Made by a program: the position numbers and the translations under genes
Notes under the pieces: model-generated
Told to the model about the DNA's origin: nothing
What the model saw: the letters and a program-made list of their open reading frames with translations, nothing else
The model's database searches: none
Source of the DNA: a virus
Virus record (IMG/VR): IMGVR_UViG_3300022890_000019
Coordinates: 10,218-74,217 of that record
DNA: 64,000 nt
Direction: 5' to 3' (one strand)
In this document: positions 32,301-36,545 of the stretch, one piece after another
Layout: every line of letters starts with the position of its first letter
Numbering within the stretch: position 1 is the first letter of the stretch

Positions 32301-33479
32301 AAAATTTCTTAATCCCTGTGCTAGTCCTTTTTGTATTACTAATTGGGCAATTACACTACCCATTACTGAAGAGAATCCTTCCCAACTATTAAACATTCCC
32401 TGATTAGCACGTAGAGATTTTCCAAACAGTGCTTTATTCTGAATAGTAGTTTCTCTTTTAGATCTATCAGCCCATTTATTTAATCCATAATAATCACCAC
32501 CAAAAAATAGTTCATTTAGATAATTACTACCCATTTCATCAGCAGTCTCAAAAGTAGCAGCACCACTAGAAAACATATTATATGCTTGAAATATTCCATC
32601 TTTTATAGCATTCCTTTGAAAAGGAGCAGGCCCCATAGCACTAACAATAGAACTTCGAGTGACTCTAGGATCTTCTACTGGTACTTCTAACATAGTAGGT
32701 GTACCATCTGGGCCCGGAGCATATATTTTAATAAAATCATTCTTATCTGTAAGAAATAGAGGAATAGTTTTATCAGAATCATCAGGATCTTCTACATTAA
32801 CATCTATATCACCATATGTACCTTTCTCTTGAAGAGCATTCATATATGCTACATAACCATCCTTTTGTTCCTGGGTCCTCATCTTAGGATCATAAACAAC
32901 ATCATCTTTAGTTCCAACAAAGAAATTATCAAGAGCAGCTAACCCTCTTAATACAGTATGTACTCTATCAGATACGGTAGGTTTCTTTTTTATTATCTTT
33001 TTGCCAAATCTGTCAATATAATATCCTTTAGCAAATACTTCTTCTTGAGGACTAAGTAGATTCTGTCCAAACTGATTAACACCTATAGTTGGAGAGATAT
33101 AAGTTTGCTCTAAAGAATTTCTATCAATAGACTTAATTCCCATCTCTTGTTTTAAGAAGGTATCATTACCATAAGCAATCCATGGAGTAACAAAGTGATC
33201 AATCCCATCTTGATGATCTAAATAACCCGTAGAAGCCATATCGTAGATCTTATCAAAGTTCTTTGGATCTATCATAGGAGTATCTACAGTATACTTTTCT
33301 CTTGCCTTTTCTCTATCCCAGAGAGTCACTACTGCATCATTCTCCTTTAGTGATTGTCTTATTTGATCTGCTGACCATTGAAAGGCATACATTGGGAAAT
33401 AATCAAGTGTTGCTTTTGGTGTTGCTTCTTCTTCTCCACCATCACCTATACTATTAACATTTTCAGTATCGTTATTCAT
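14334..33479 (-). CDS. giant (6381 aa) virion polyvalent protein: SF1 helicase + two zincin motifs + crAss-type two-barrel RNA polymerase
   Basis: RNAP motifs: DKVKRSG, ENDDGG, GRVP, NNADQDIDQL (DxDxD, ~21261-21290), KAIGILA, DNAKELVLG. Helicase motifs: GDFGGGKS, IVDEAS, LGDASQ, SIQGL, YTAVGRA (~28600-29560). HEFFH at ~26300 and HEFQH at ~18420. Hydrophobic Gly-rich segments lie near both termini. Confidence 0.85.
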   Translation of the reverse strand: MNNDTENVNSIGDGGEEEATPKATLDYFPMYAFQWSADQIRQSLKENDAVVTLWDREKAREKYTVDTPMIDPKNFDKIYDMASTGYLDHQDGIDHFVTPWIAYGNDTFLKQEMGIKSIDRNSLEQTYISPTIGVNQFGQNLLSPQEEVFAKGYYIDRFGKKIIKKKPTVSDRVHTVLRGLAALDNFFVGTKDDVVYDPKMRTQEQKDGYVAYMNALQEKGTYGDIDVNVEDPDDSDKTIPLFLTDKNDFIKIYAPGPDGTPTMLEVPVEDPRVTRSSIVSAMGPAPFQRNAIKDGIFQAYNMFSSGAATFETADEMGSNYLNELFFGGDYYGLNKWADRSKRETTIQNKALFGKSLRANQGMFNSWEGFSSVMGSVIAQLVIQKGLAQGLRNFNGFKSFASTWTSFGVFGLMSGHHFVQTARDMGIEEADIAWMYPIQVASETFTEGFIGRNVIARGSGYFVDKAARLTAAKKVMKKFGIKNLKEGTKTQKRLWLHGFIKAISEGKTIFARTILAGGEEGTEEFFQQMIENSMQTFHDQIRYDGENGLLPGKGLFGPVDANKSYLENLSNRIGDNVLESTVAGFMGGITMGLTMGAGKNPMADYTMGYYGVTGEMDKLRKATQDLYNKESLGPNYISTEGEIKNPESVDGSMNDVAYQGMMQSMDMFEGIVKDFGIDNPIVLEAIGRSKLMQKELTDLIVSYKGLAEQKLALENKEEATEEDAAQIAKIDEQLGVVSQAIQEYTVPEGADTKYSKKYNEAIREKYSALLYAKNVSDEHFKNEGTELTDKFRKSEKYQTKYKRNILDHLDTYEKATEFSQKLTEYQTQEIEKQEKIVKSNNETVVTHKDLFTTVGEASKLKSKKDLMKGFEGVCKAIIALSKEITFGIPAQGNEEQIQAIRESAKYQKQLEQLEKELNDEYATDPTNEDVKDQLNTTRETIDAITQLSENAFVDENTEKIRQLSNDDNVPMMFLEEMRARVDNFREQTSTDLNPSTAASLIKSINAVRDALKTADKGMFFFSKGSDHPKLEPSKNKELPAYKYYVSESELRNSREQVSEMLIDLDTMGNSVQLAKEASKFFQIKLRQGHINAQKQVVTLFYEMDPTMMEELVPDIKKLLEDVKDLTQEQKDKNTPPGVEEMADLLNSEKVLHDIFVKMQGASDQLVNYDFINRLLAAKKFRYNSAYFNAPDYTKVGETLNYYYNLLKVNSVNDVYKTHEGYTYLVNFLMALNGESINTLQGARSKVNVTAQNISTFEQMMGVNMVVNQLLGHNADVLKIVREVEFNNSEHIKKVSEKEDIFMANSIFMRGDFGGGKSQHMIPEAIAIRDQLKKDPKRKYLLVHHTQEVLNTLSSSLEGIDQVFDNISMADFIGGKVQNPNQYEGMIVDEASLLSKDNLQVINKNYNEDTTDPSFQIIWLGDASQMMPPDAKNNISYAQKTGARTFPVMFKFTTRNPVIERLAEAFRNRLDNNSMGYPEVYVNEYEAVGITRREGGKYYNTVDSVISDALSRPESVSSALVFLNSEQIDALLKDPNTKEETRKIVEKLFDKHGNLKTEFQGQVYVLMSDPATNVMPRKIPSIQGLRKDEVYMAVNLNSWGYKYNGKELKEFVASNSAYTAVGRASRFMGLVGSEGLNLTQRPSWWIDGQQEVLDTSDIYNDMNEYLKNIGIESAIKPQEKPKEVKTKIATPILHKFRKNGIYTINKGDDSGAFFKITQSVTNQKDLTADSFATGQKYKAYNELTKTLAEPFGKESQVALGILDPIVKTPAPTPGYTTNKYLTEYPGKPSIVKGAVADEVSTGNFYIIDSIIEKTTDGVVEYEIYLGGKQIDLNTFEKEYTLRSGPKETTDLDDIESGKTFFTGQAKAWLNGNKLWGTIYSVFNTSSADVNMDQLRKDRVSILNMVYKRKVTSELVYLKSALMEDRNTGTWKNFDNVLAIKVSAINEESLTSNEREILQRNQYIASLGETDAGYAKQQIRDYSQPLENIKRQISEGFDSSYTGMELSPEHHTANKEVNYYKASLRKKGYDSNTDEYSFGEIILENDINEGNVIYNKGPLRTFAEFMAHIENTLSGQMVTFSDKIVQTFYGSGRVGLLLKYKFSEGDVNSTANEAYVIFKTNNLGKMNSKRMHEKIKEDKQSLKDIRASEQDSFFGSELNRMFWKNVFAQNLSIITNNKALNDFFGTYFEKVGGRVNVRVNRDIFLLDSDNVRTDAQIKLDVLDAFLDQVTELYKDDVTGEAANLRLQIDKLYQPYTIDLSTSTRELSPSEMENIVTSAEAIHFPYVNISTDGLVDVNEEITNKTPKSSDGPASKKGAKRPRFEIKTDNIEPRTVTVAAVRELFEKIAHPSIWEQVKNDITPNLQFDGMDIHGLMYNGRIKLALYKKGIKYTTPKHEFFHLVFDYLIDENSRQRLYNATKELLGLPNATEDYLTEWMARDYGYSGLNLDSVKPKQGLWSRFVDFVNKLFNGYTKRVNTLDELFYKMDHGYYRNVQPVHDGGRDIVRMEGESELDEYQADNFNHKAEDGFAKDDTPNTDYIEIFNNQYKVFGNDINKYLNAVADAVIQYTFFSSDLSVDKVVPMTEAIKDVQKEYEEYGNEFADELTSVGIPYSQITDDDAKKLSIVERRNLGWLRLANQEIFTSFIVRLMPGYNPETGRFYKWNKQSTQYNRAGDDANPDQTKSDFMKMQINATRFHQYYYSSNGRLVRNEWDTKDAYAFVNSKDLEKSLKDAGMRVANRLLKDPSLNPVEAFTQELYNLATEAGLDTYKGSNILSFYHRFFEAFTGKPSLSNRINSIDELIKSDGRSNVSQLKLDIQSDLSDFINSLISYNISFMRPKSSFIESKKSGDETVYNIVNSFENTFDNKKKEIIDGISQTLYDKDTRSFREHVKDRLGSGKNAEFEVTSSGISYVKNKQKIKVISYTDGKISFTEAFHDNDSRDKILTYIKNFIGLKNVTDQTIYNMYNNMHHEGARVELNKRTPEYNLENTNTFLAETFMNMFWSASSNLTMLDKIETINKGILRKLDNKAINEEEAKKQEAKQIKELSVPFNQEMSSFRKKMNITDSTIDGFEKVFAGNNVETIKSDVKIYKPVDYYNAFGVIAALEVYNKGIDSDLFSNRPDGTKAWGFKMKSWVFDMFGDGSAWLTDKINNMPKEILDNSIWKNTKGKWTNWIADPKGIRIRSLTIGNGLRVGNRGIVKPGSKDLATINLANFIEGIRKSTDKLQDIFLTMTNIADKELTYITNTDFSFGKGRRLINIDRDSNGNITSANVDEKMISHGIAIEFERANREMQMSQGKFAREIPANNLTKVFPRELWSVKDLKNFNPKSLESFSKTLTDEQAIDLMRSGLRKNKDYFLDGNTVTLGNSILFKVPGYEAIYNHDNYQKFSNNGERFALLNKTERDKLFFPLYREYAGKLSQIGYRQQNDVKTLIEGKMGYFYTEKMEEHMEEMSISANRYGVSETPITVTTTTENIIWNPVYKAHFYAYHIVNNAVGEFAFGNVQNHKDAADKVKRSGSKATGGSKLVVNTKYGLPAMGKEIMVSTMYKEDATTGEWIENDDGGVNGFMLWESFMEKSGIDYQYGPIDKTRVKTLDNRMDFQYGDQYQEKESMNFFSSQTYEQTLPVRQMQKDLLDHVTKVMRKDFENYDIDLYAKFKELYEATGHAGSRDAQKAFRNLRDWIVEESNFSEEIKARTPRGFADETIEKQTVNYVNMYDPYSSEEKDLIARDFDNSSLRIVLNPYQETNKVQRQAPPSQNLSYMGIGASNLNRGKRIRILQEELYTMSKARINTLMGIEANKPEAAFNEQDIEKFVSFLRERGLQAIRQMGLITGYTDLINNVINNPGIIHSPEVAQKLKQAYRSFVNDNAIRTSFKGLRVNQSSSYGYQLYYENGIPYTLQEIERFTNSTIESVEDLIDLGYTPADLKDMTAGNEGIQRGQTVMPYPYMREFGIKNDETLNDVFTIEAEANGEVLSWNVRNLNDDEFIDFLQTLAEGGSVINKESSPIFRNSPEDPLSYFRNFKESLKVYSGRVPADRLGSASILEITAFINDNGNTAYVPVEMNIRNNADQDIDQLTVYMREFADGKLAIEGEGGARNAILDEIDNVYQDPANASKIFIKSDVKGLKELVDKKKRKYGRDNDFASYLDSSQTASEGNKAIGILAMSLSGVSYLAQLGKTFIRNNAPGLRNLSLFDEEQWSTSPFINLGNWMQVALDNAKELVLGRLGITAEAVPVVAVMTADGKSNQEIATFFEHPVVEKIYTQRSFQNSLEVFEAEQVYELVAEEMVLNERSKNTDSNKSLLSKREALETKLTEAEKVDENTPPDMNLIEELSRDIRAIKSEQERRENYQVLTELKKYVFTAEALRRMTRFVALRNGVPVMDFDLYKAENELSKYLGMTYEEFMQGAEWNAESHIENFKKLDNKYSRLISSQFDEANNEAEKLLDYELEIAKAINISEFVRRTHFKDYYNEINNQREVASKTFLEDNKVIWDYFAPNYLKGQLNNVFNYAKQFYTFKSGMQQLFLDKFFKRSFTGRKFNIAVPLQDIDGNYFSPESNYETVALDNVEGRTLFVRQFPQFHDLIRSMSTMNFGDASRAIQAIGIDYTNEFHDAIKNNKFIANLVLQGQEGKEYIRLADAFNLSEQQLSDLAIEFDRLPKYLKELYRVNQLINTGFNYRKGSINEIMGTEHYYGEDGLAMSLEMTKAEMEWMPKNMNRLTDLVERFTKWVQHKEGMSSFLTRKARDLGIFPETIMKRKDFKRFTANFTARIKNDQDLFGNAFEKYDYEYLIGERGGFDTVKDMTSTMEIVKMSPEKLDLLLDNQQVPLSYVRGHSYANMNVDRLEGLYTTEEGTLIRALRIQPTNVVWVKADLSEEQIEQAKENYQIKIAKQQEEKNQKAQYKIKKGDSEFIATVEGELVREIEGSEEAQKFVNKSMSALSKYVGKEGSMTRYTMIDFKKHSLGRLSTKAAQRWMDALKEKVTGVPITEGTTESLKGASGMFDGDGIHMNVEKFSFTMPVHEFQHFRNGIMIMNDPATWNTIKNTIIDSANNGDKLIEPIRDHVVRKLKEHNRPTTDGDVTHEVLAILSQIINRNTAMKVMLKESIRDFFTDNTSLDALLNIATSINTLVNNSLHDLFFPFRKKLDKIFTEGKVSDFLLETGRQTYGTDPVNYDIWQLDDAYRSLEEGNKFYLQEGVNTTKDFAAIVNPYSEYGHTMGELNTEEFVRTTLHKMKSYTDDAGNYVFHSLDKTFAYPNTMTDEQLEAAIEKDIVPHINSFEVSYKNNVQNFINLVIDQKETIYDAAKKAFGNVYSEKAVTDMAFYLGLGDKIETVMKYSDLKNSDIKAVRALYNSAFEGFDPLITIHGIEDDGTVDLSILDVTTFSLQDKVPFAPANRNRLLGTMMTDNKFIEAGGTWSNSAYDIRRAILSMSIMNMMKASGGKVKFRGMGVLEIQPSNVKSYMMLDIQDMFSNMNVLSQQDEWLNNLVNDDVKDIFTDKKISDSTKYEQSFVRRFQMYLKKVMDDEGYRKYGYGYVNRAESLSTLFMDRNTTVHDQVKALRALQKDLRGRNRDKKEKDHEDLLVSMSILELESYGAVFFKNSIKDMNKFEKNLVPIHNVRDDLLQMLVSKGRLVNSIVVDRYMKIHNQIYDKAQKVAKNYIALHPQVAAETLIKDEGSVYYKHLFKHTTLTLEKDQKVGLKTYKKGETVPIMLPILDFNNPKHNEDDKALMEVVWKTFRQRTIDNWYHSRTSDIKGKDVFGNSKISKAEVAKEFDESVEKGTMVIISKGLNETLLSGNFKAAWDRMGQRFVNYDEFIDDNLNDKSRMAFTSGMNTISNVFASQMNSKDKLYEQAGLLYTKNGLTVADLSKNMLASTNLEKIINYYTLEGIRTEEYENRYMPAFNDVDAVYGYFESTKNSKDFMVNNRRFAEMFSNRLAMKKNEDTSVKITLPGGVTVDVKTFARATLSAFSMISLGYKWTIGAKSGIWNEMSEQINALAASIANIGLDESQKIYLPTTGDVNKARYEVATNFKKARRLGAMFQLVNRTERDLIDSPWLNVANKGNILNDQWAHITNWASDAEARLVGMAGWMIHEGSWDAYSLNEKGDIQYDIKKDERYYNEDGTQTKEQEVLVEGPNGLKNRLKDQGLMEEDATKVDRGHDHTLASEQLKWYGDKFIIGSMDNTAKWLLGNDYLGAAASQFRVFSADKIWNAGLFASPRKTSFGAGFKAIQLENGEWVTQRDWIEIEGAWQSFVGAVQGIANMRNEGLDSWWKNQTPMRRLNLARTVIKTAVFSLLIALSGAVVGKDNDKKLIKLNWMYKDLNMMMISYDWFLNPFPVTSILLDIVDATFGPKKVKDILKYRTAIGSISDPFPSLGIRDVKESDY

Positions 33480-33505
33480 TGCGTTATATTTGGATAATTA
33501 ACAAT

Positions 33506-35512
33506 CTACTCTGTTGGATTTTCTGAACTTGTTGACTCTACAAGTTCTTTTTGAGCATTAATCTGATTCATTTGCTTCTGGGCTATATCTTGTGCTAACT
33601 GAGATACATCTTGGAAATGGTTTCCAAAGGAACTTATCTCTCCTTCTGTTACAGGGATATCAATTATCCATGGTTTCCATTCTTGATCTTTTAACGTTAT
33701 TGTCTTTGTTGCACCACTCCATTTCCCATAACCTATCTTTCCATCAGCATCAATAAAATTCATTCTCTCATCTACCTTCTCCCAGCTTTCTTTAGGAACG
33801 TTAAATACAAATCTGTGAGTTTTTACTTTCTCCCCATATCTGTTAGCATGTTTCATATAGTAATCTTCTAACTTATCCATATCTTCCTGAGTAATTGTAT
33901 GACCTGTTTCAGTACTTACATTAGCTCTTTTACTATATACTCGTAGTTCATCTGATATCTGTAGATTAATTGCTCTTATCTTATCTTCTAGTTTGATATC
34001 ATAATAAGTCTTCTCATGTCCAAAACCCATTTGTACATCAGGAACTCTTTGAGCTATTAGCATATCCCTCTCTTCAATTCTCCTACCAAGAGCAGGATCC
34101 ATAAACACATAGTCATCATTAGTAGTTAACTTAACACCTATCTTCTCAGATTCTTTAGGTAACACTGTAGGAGAAGGATATTCTGTAACAACAGGTATCA
34201 AACCTCCTACCTGAATACCTAAGCCTTTAAAGTCATTTAAGTTAAGAGGATCACCATATGTCTGATATCCAAAATCACCAAAAGAATCATCTAATTTAAT
34301 AGCATTAGAAGTACCTGCTACTTTATGAGCCTCTTGGTTAACATATGAATAATATTGATTAGTCTTCATAGACCATGTTCTATATCCTGGGATATCTTCT
34401 TTAGTATAGACATTGTCTTCTAATCCCTTAGATGAAATTGTTATAGCATCTTTCGAAGGAGTTACTAATTCCTGATCTATAAGAGTAGGTAAATCCCACT
34501 TACCCTTATCAACTGTTTTCTTTTTACCAAGAATCAGCTGATCATAACTCTCAACAAATCTATTCTGTAGATACTTTGCTTTTCTAGTATCTGCAAAATC
34601 CTTCTGGAAAGCAGCATAGTTAAACTCTTTCCCTTCAGAGATAGATCTGTATTCTTCCATAGCTGTCATGTAATCAAAGGCACGTTTTAACTTAGGATCT
34701 GCTTCTACTGTACTTATGAAATCATTATAAGCAGCTTGAACAACTTGCTTGTTTCCAGAGATCTTTGTGATAGAATGCTTATTGCCTACATTATACTGAT
34801 CATTTTTGTTAGCATTCAAGACCTCGGTAGGTAATTTACCATTTTTATCATAGAATCCAGATTGAGTAAATTTATCCTCATACTTAATACCTTGAAAAGC
34901 ATCATCATAAGCTGTAAACAATGCTTCCATATCAGGAGCACTATATCTTCTTAGCTCAGAACCCATAGGAATATCTCTCATTCTATCAAGATGTTCACTA
35001 ACCTTCAAAGGTCTCACTATATCATTACCTTCTTTATCTTTAGCAGGTACATACTCAAAGCTACCATTATTAAAATAAGGATCATTTTCATTAAGCTTGC
35101 CATCACTGATCTGTTCTACTGACTTATCATATATTTCCTTGTTCTGTTGTTGCATAGGAATAAGAGCTTCTATCTGATCCTTAGTAGAAGTATATTCAAA
35201 TAAAGCAGTTTTTAAATCCTGAAATAAATTACCTTTTGTCATAACTCCAATAGGATCATTAGAGTCCATAGCTTCTAGGGCCACTCTTCTTTGAACATCT
35301 TTATACTTCCTCTCTGCTGCTGATAAAGCATTCTTAGTCTCAAGACTCTGACGATATAACATCTTGTCTGTCTTAATAGTATCTTCTTTACTCTTACTAC
35401 CACTTCCACCAGAACTTCTACCAGTAGATCCTATGGCAGCTAAGGGAGAAAGAATAGAAGAAGAGGGAAGTTTGTTTCCTTGGAATTGTGGGGATATAGA
35501 AAATAGTGCCAT
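33506..35512 (-). CDS. putative virion cargo/ejection protein
   Basis: 668-aa helical ORF directly upstream of the giant RNAP gene, with a low-complexity Ser/Gly N-terminus. Positional inference. Confidence 0.5.
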   Translation of the reverse strand: MALFSISPQFQGNKLPSSSILSPLAAIGSTGRSSGGSGSKSKEDTIKTDKMLYRQSLETKNALSAAERKYKDVQRRVALEAMDSNDPIGVMTKGNLFQDLKTALFEYTSTKDQIEALIPMQQQNKEIYDKSVEQISDGKLNENDPYFNNGSFEYVPAKDKEGNDIVRPLKVSEHLDRMRDIPMGSELRRYSAPDMEALFTAYDDAFQGIKYEDKFTQSGFYDKNGKLPTEVLNANKNDQYNVGNKHSITKISGNKQVVQAAYNDFISTVEADPKLKRAFDYMTAMEEYRSISEGKEFNYAAFQKDFADTRKAKYLQNRFVESYDQLILGKKKTVDKGKWDLPTLIDQELVTPSKDAITISSKGLEDNVYTKEDIPGYRTWSMKTNQYYSYVNQEAHKVAGTSNAIKLDDSFGDFGYQTYGDPLNLNDFKGLGIQVGGLIPVVTEYPSPTVLPKESEKIGVKLTTNDDYVFMDPALGRRIEERDMLIAQRVPDVQMGFGHEKTYYDIKLEDKIRAINLQISDELRVYSKRANVSTETGHTITQEDMDKLEDYYMKHANRYGEKVKTHRFVFNVPKESWEKVDERMNFIDADGKIGYGKWSGATKTITLKDQEWKPWIIDIPVTEGEISSFGNHFQDVSQLAQDIAQKQMNQINAQKELVESTSSENPTE

Positions 35513-35597
35513 CTTGTACGTTTTAAGAAGCGTGAATCAATAATTATCTATGTTCTGATGTCTTACCCTATAGAGGGTATATCGTTGATCTGAGAGC

Positions 35598-36032
35598 CTA
35601 TTTAACCTTACAGACTAAATTGCGTTGGTGTATGTGATATGCTATAGTTGCATTGTGCATAATAACCTCTCCTAGGATACTCTTCATACTTAGATATACC
35701 TTATCACCTGGCTCACATATCATAGGATCTTCTTTACCATCTCCCATAAGAAGAGGGATACCTTTAGCTACCACGATAGCCTGTGAAGGGTTCTCCTCTG
35801 TATGTAGTCTCCACTCTTTTAGATCACTAGGTCTCTCATCTAGTCCTGGACTCATTACCAGCGTACTCTTAGTAATCTTTGGCTTAACCCTAAGAACAAC
35901 ATAGGTACCTGGGATAGGCTCTATATCTTTGAATCTGTCTACCAGCTCTTGGATTGTAATCTGTACCTCTTGTTCACTTGACTTCCTGCTGAACTTGTCA
36001 ATGAAAATAACTGTTTCTTTTAAATCTCTCAT
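35598..36032 (-). CDS. GroES-like co-chaperonin
   Basis: IEPIPGTYVVLR...TKSTLVM...AIVVAKG...DG...PMICEPGDKVY...IHQRNLVCKV aligns by eye with the GroES fold and has a longer mobile-loop region. Confidence 0.75.
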   Translation of the reverse strand: MRDLKETVIFIDKFSRKSSEQEVQITIQELVDRFKDIEPIPGTYVVLRVKPKITKSTLVMSPGLDERPSDLKEWRLHTEENPSQAIVVAKGIPLLMGDGKEDPMICEPGDKVYLSMKSILGEVIMHNATIAYHIHQRNLVCKVK

Positions 36033-36033
36033 C

Positions 36034-36348
36034 TTAGTTTGTATTTGTTAATGTTTCACCTAATAAAAATTCTCTTGATTTCATATTTAAGGTAGCCTCT
36101 ATAAGCCTCTTTACCTGAGCAACCTTCATAAAGACATAGTTACATGTAGCATCAGTAGTATAAACGATACATCCTTCAAAGACTCCATTATTATAAGGAG
36201 ACCACTCTGCTATCTTTACAATCTTCGTGATGTCAATATGCACAAAGCTATTGTAGTCACCTATATGTGGATCCCTACCCTGAGAGGTAAGCTCTTCTAT
36301 CTCTTCAAAGGTACTGTTGTTCATCTTTATAGGAAGTCTGATATACAT
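36034..36348 (-). CDS. hypothetical protein
   Basis: Tightly packed ORF. Confidence 0.6.
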   Translation of the reverse strand: MYIRLPIKMNNSTFEEIEELTSQGRDPHIGDYNSFVHIDITKIVKIAEWSPYNNGVFEGCIVYTTDATCNYVFMKVAQVKRLIEATLNMKSREFLLGETLTNTN

Positions 36349-36359
36349 AGTTGTAGGGT

Positions 36360-36545
36360 TTAAATTTCTTGCTTACCTTCTACTGCTAGTAACTTGTGAC
36401 CTTTGCCTTTACATTTAGGACACTTGCACTTACACATGGCACCATAAAAGTAATAAATATTTTTACAATGAGTACACTGTATGCTTTTACGATTACCTGC
36501 CCTGATCACTTTCTTTCCCTTTCTATCTGTCTTTAACCTTCTCAT
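36360..36545 (-). CDS. small basic Zn-ribbon protein
   Basis: CTHC...CKCKCPKC; TAATG overlap with the upstream gene. Confidence 0.6.
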   Translation of the reverse strand: MRRLKTDRKGKKVIRAGNRKSIQCTHCKNIYYFYGAMCKCKCPKCKGKGHKLLAVEGKQEI

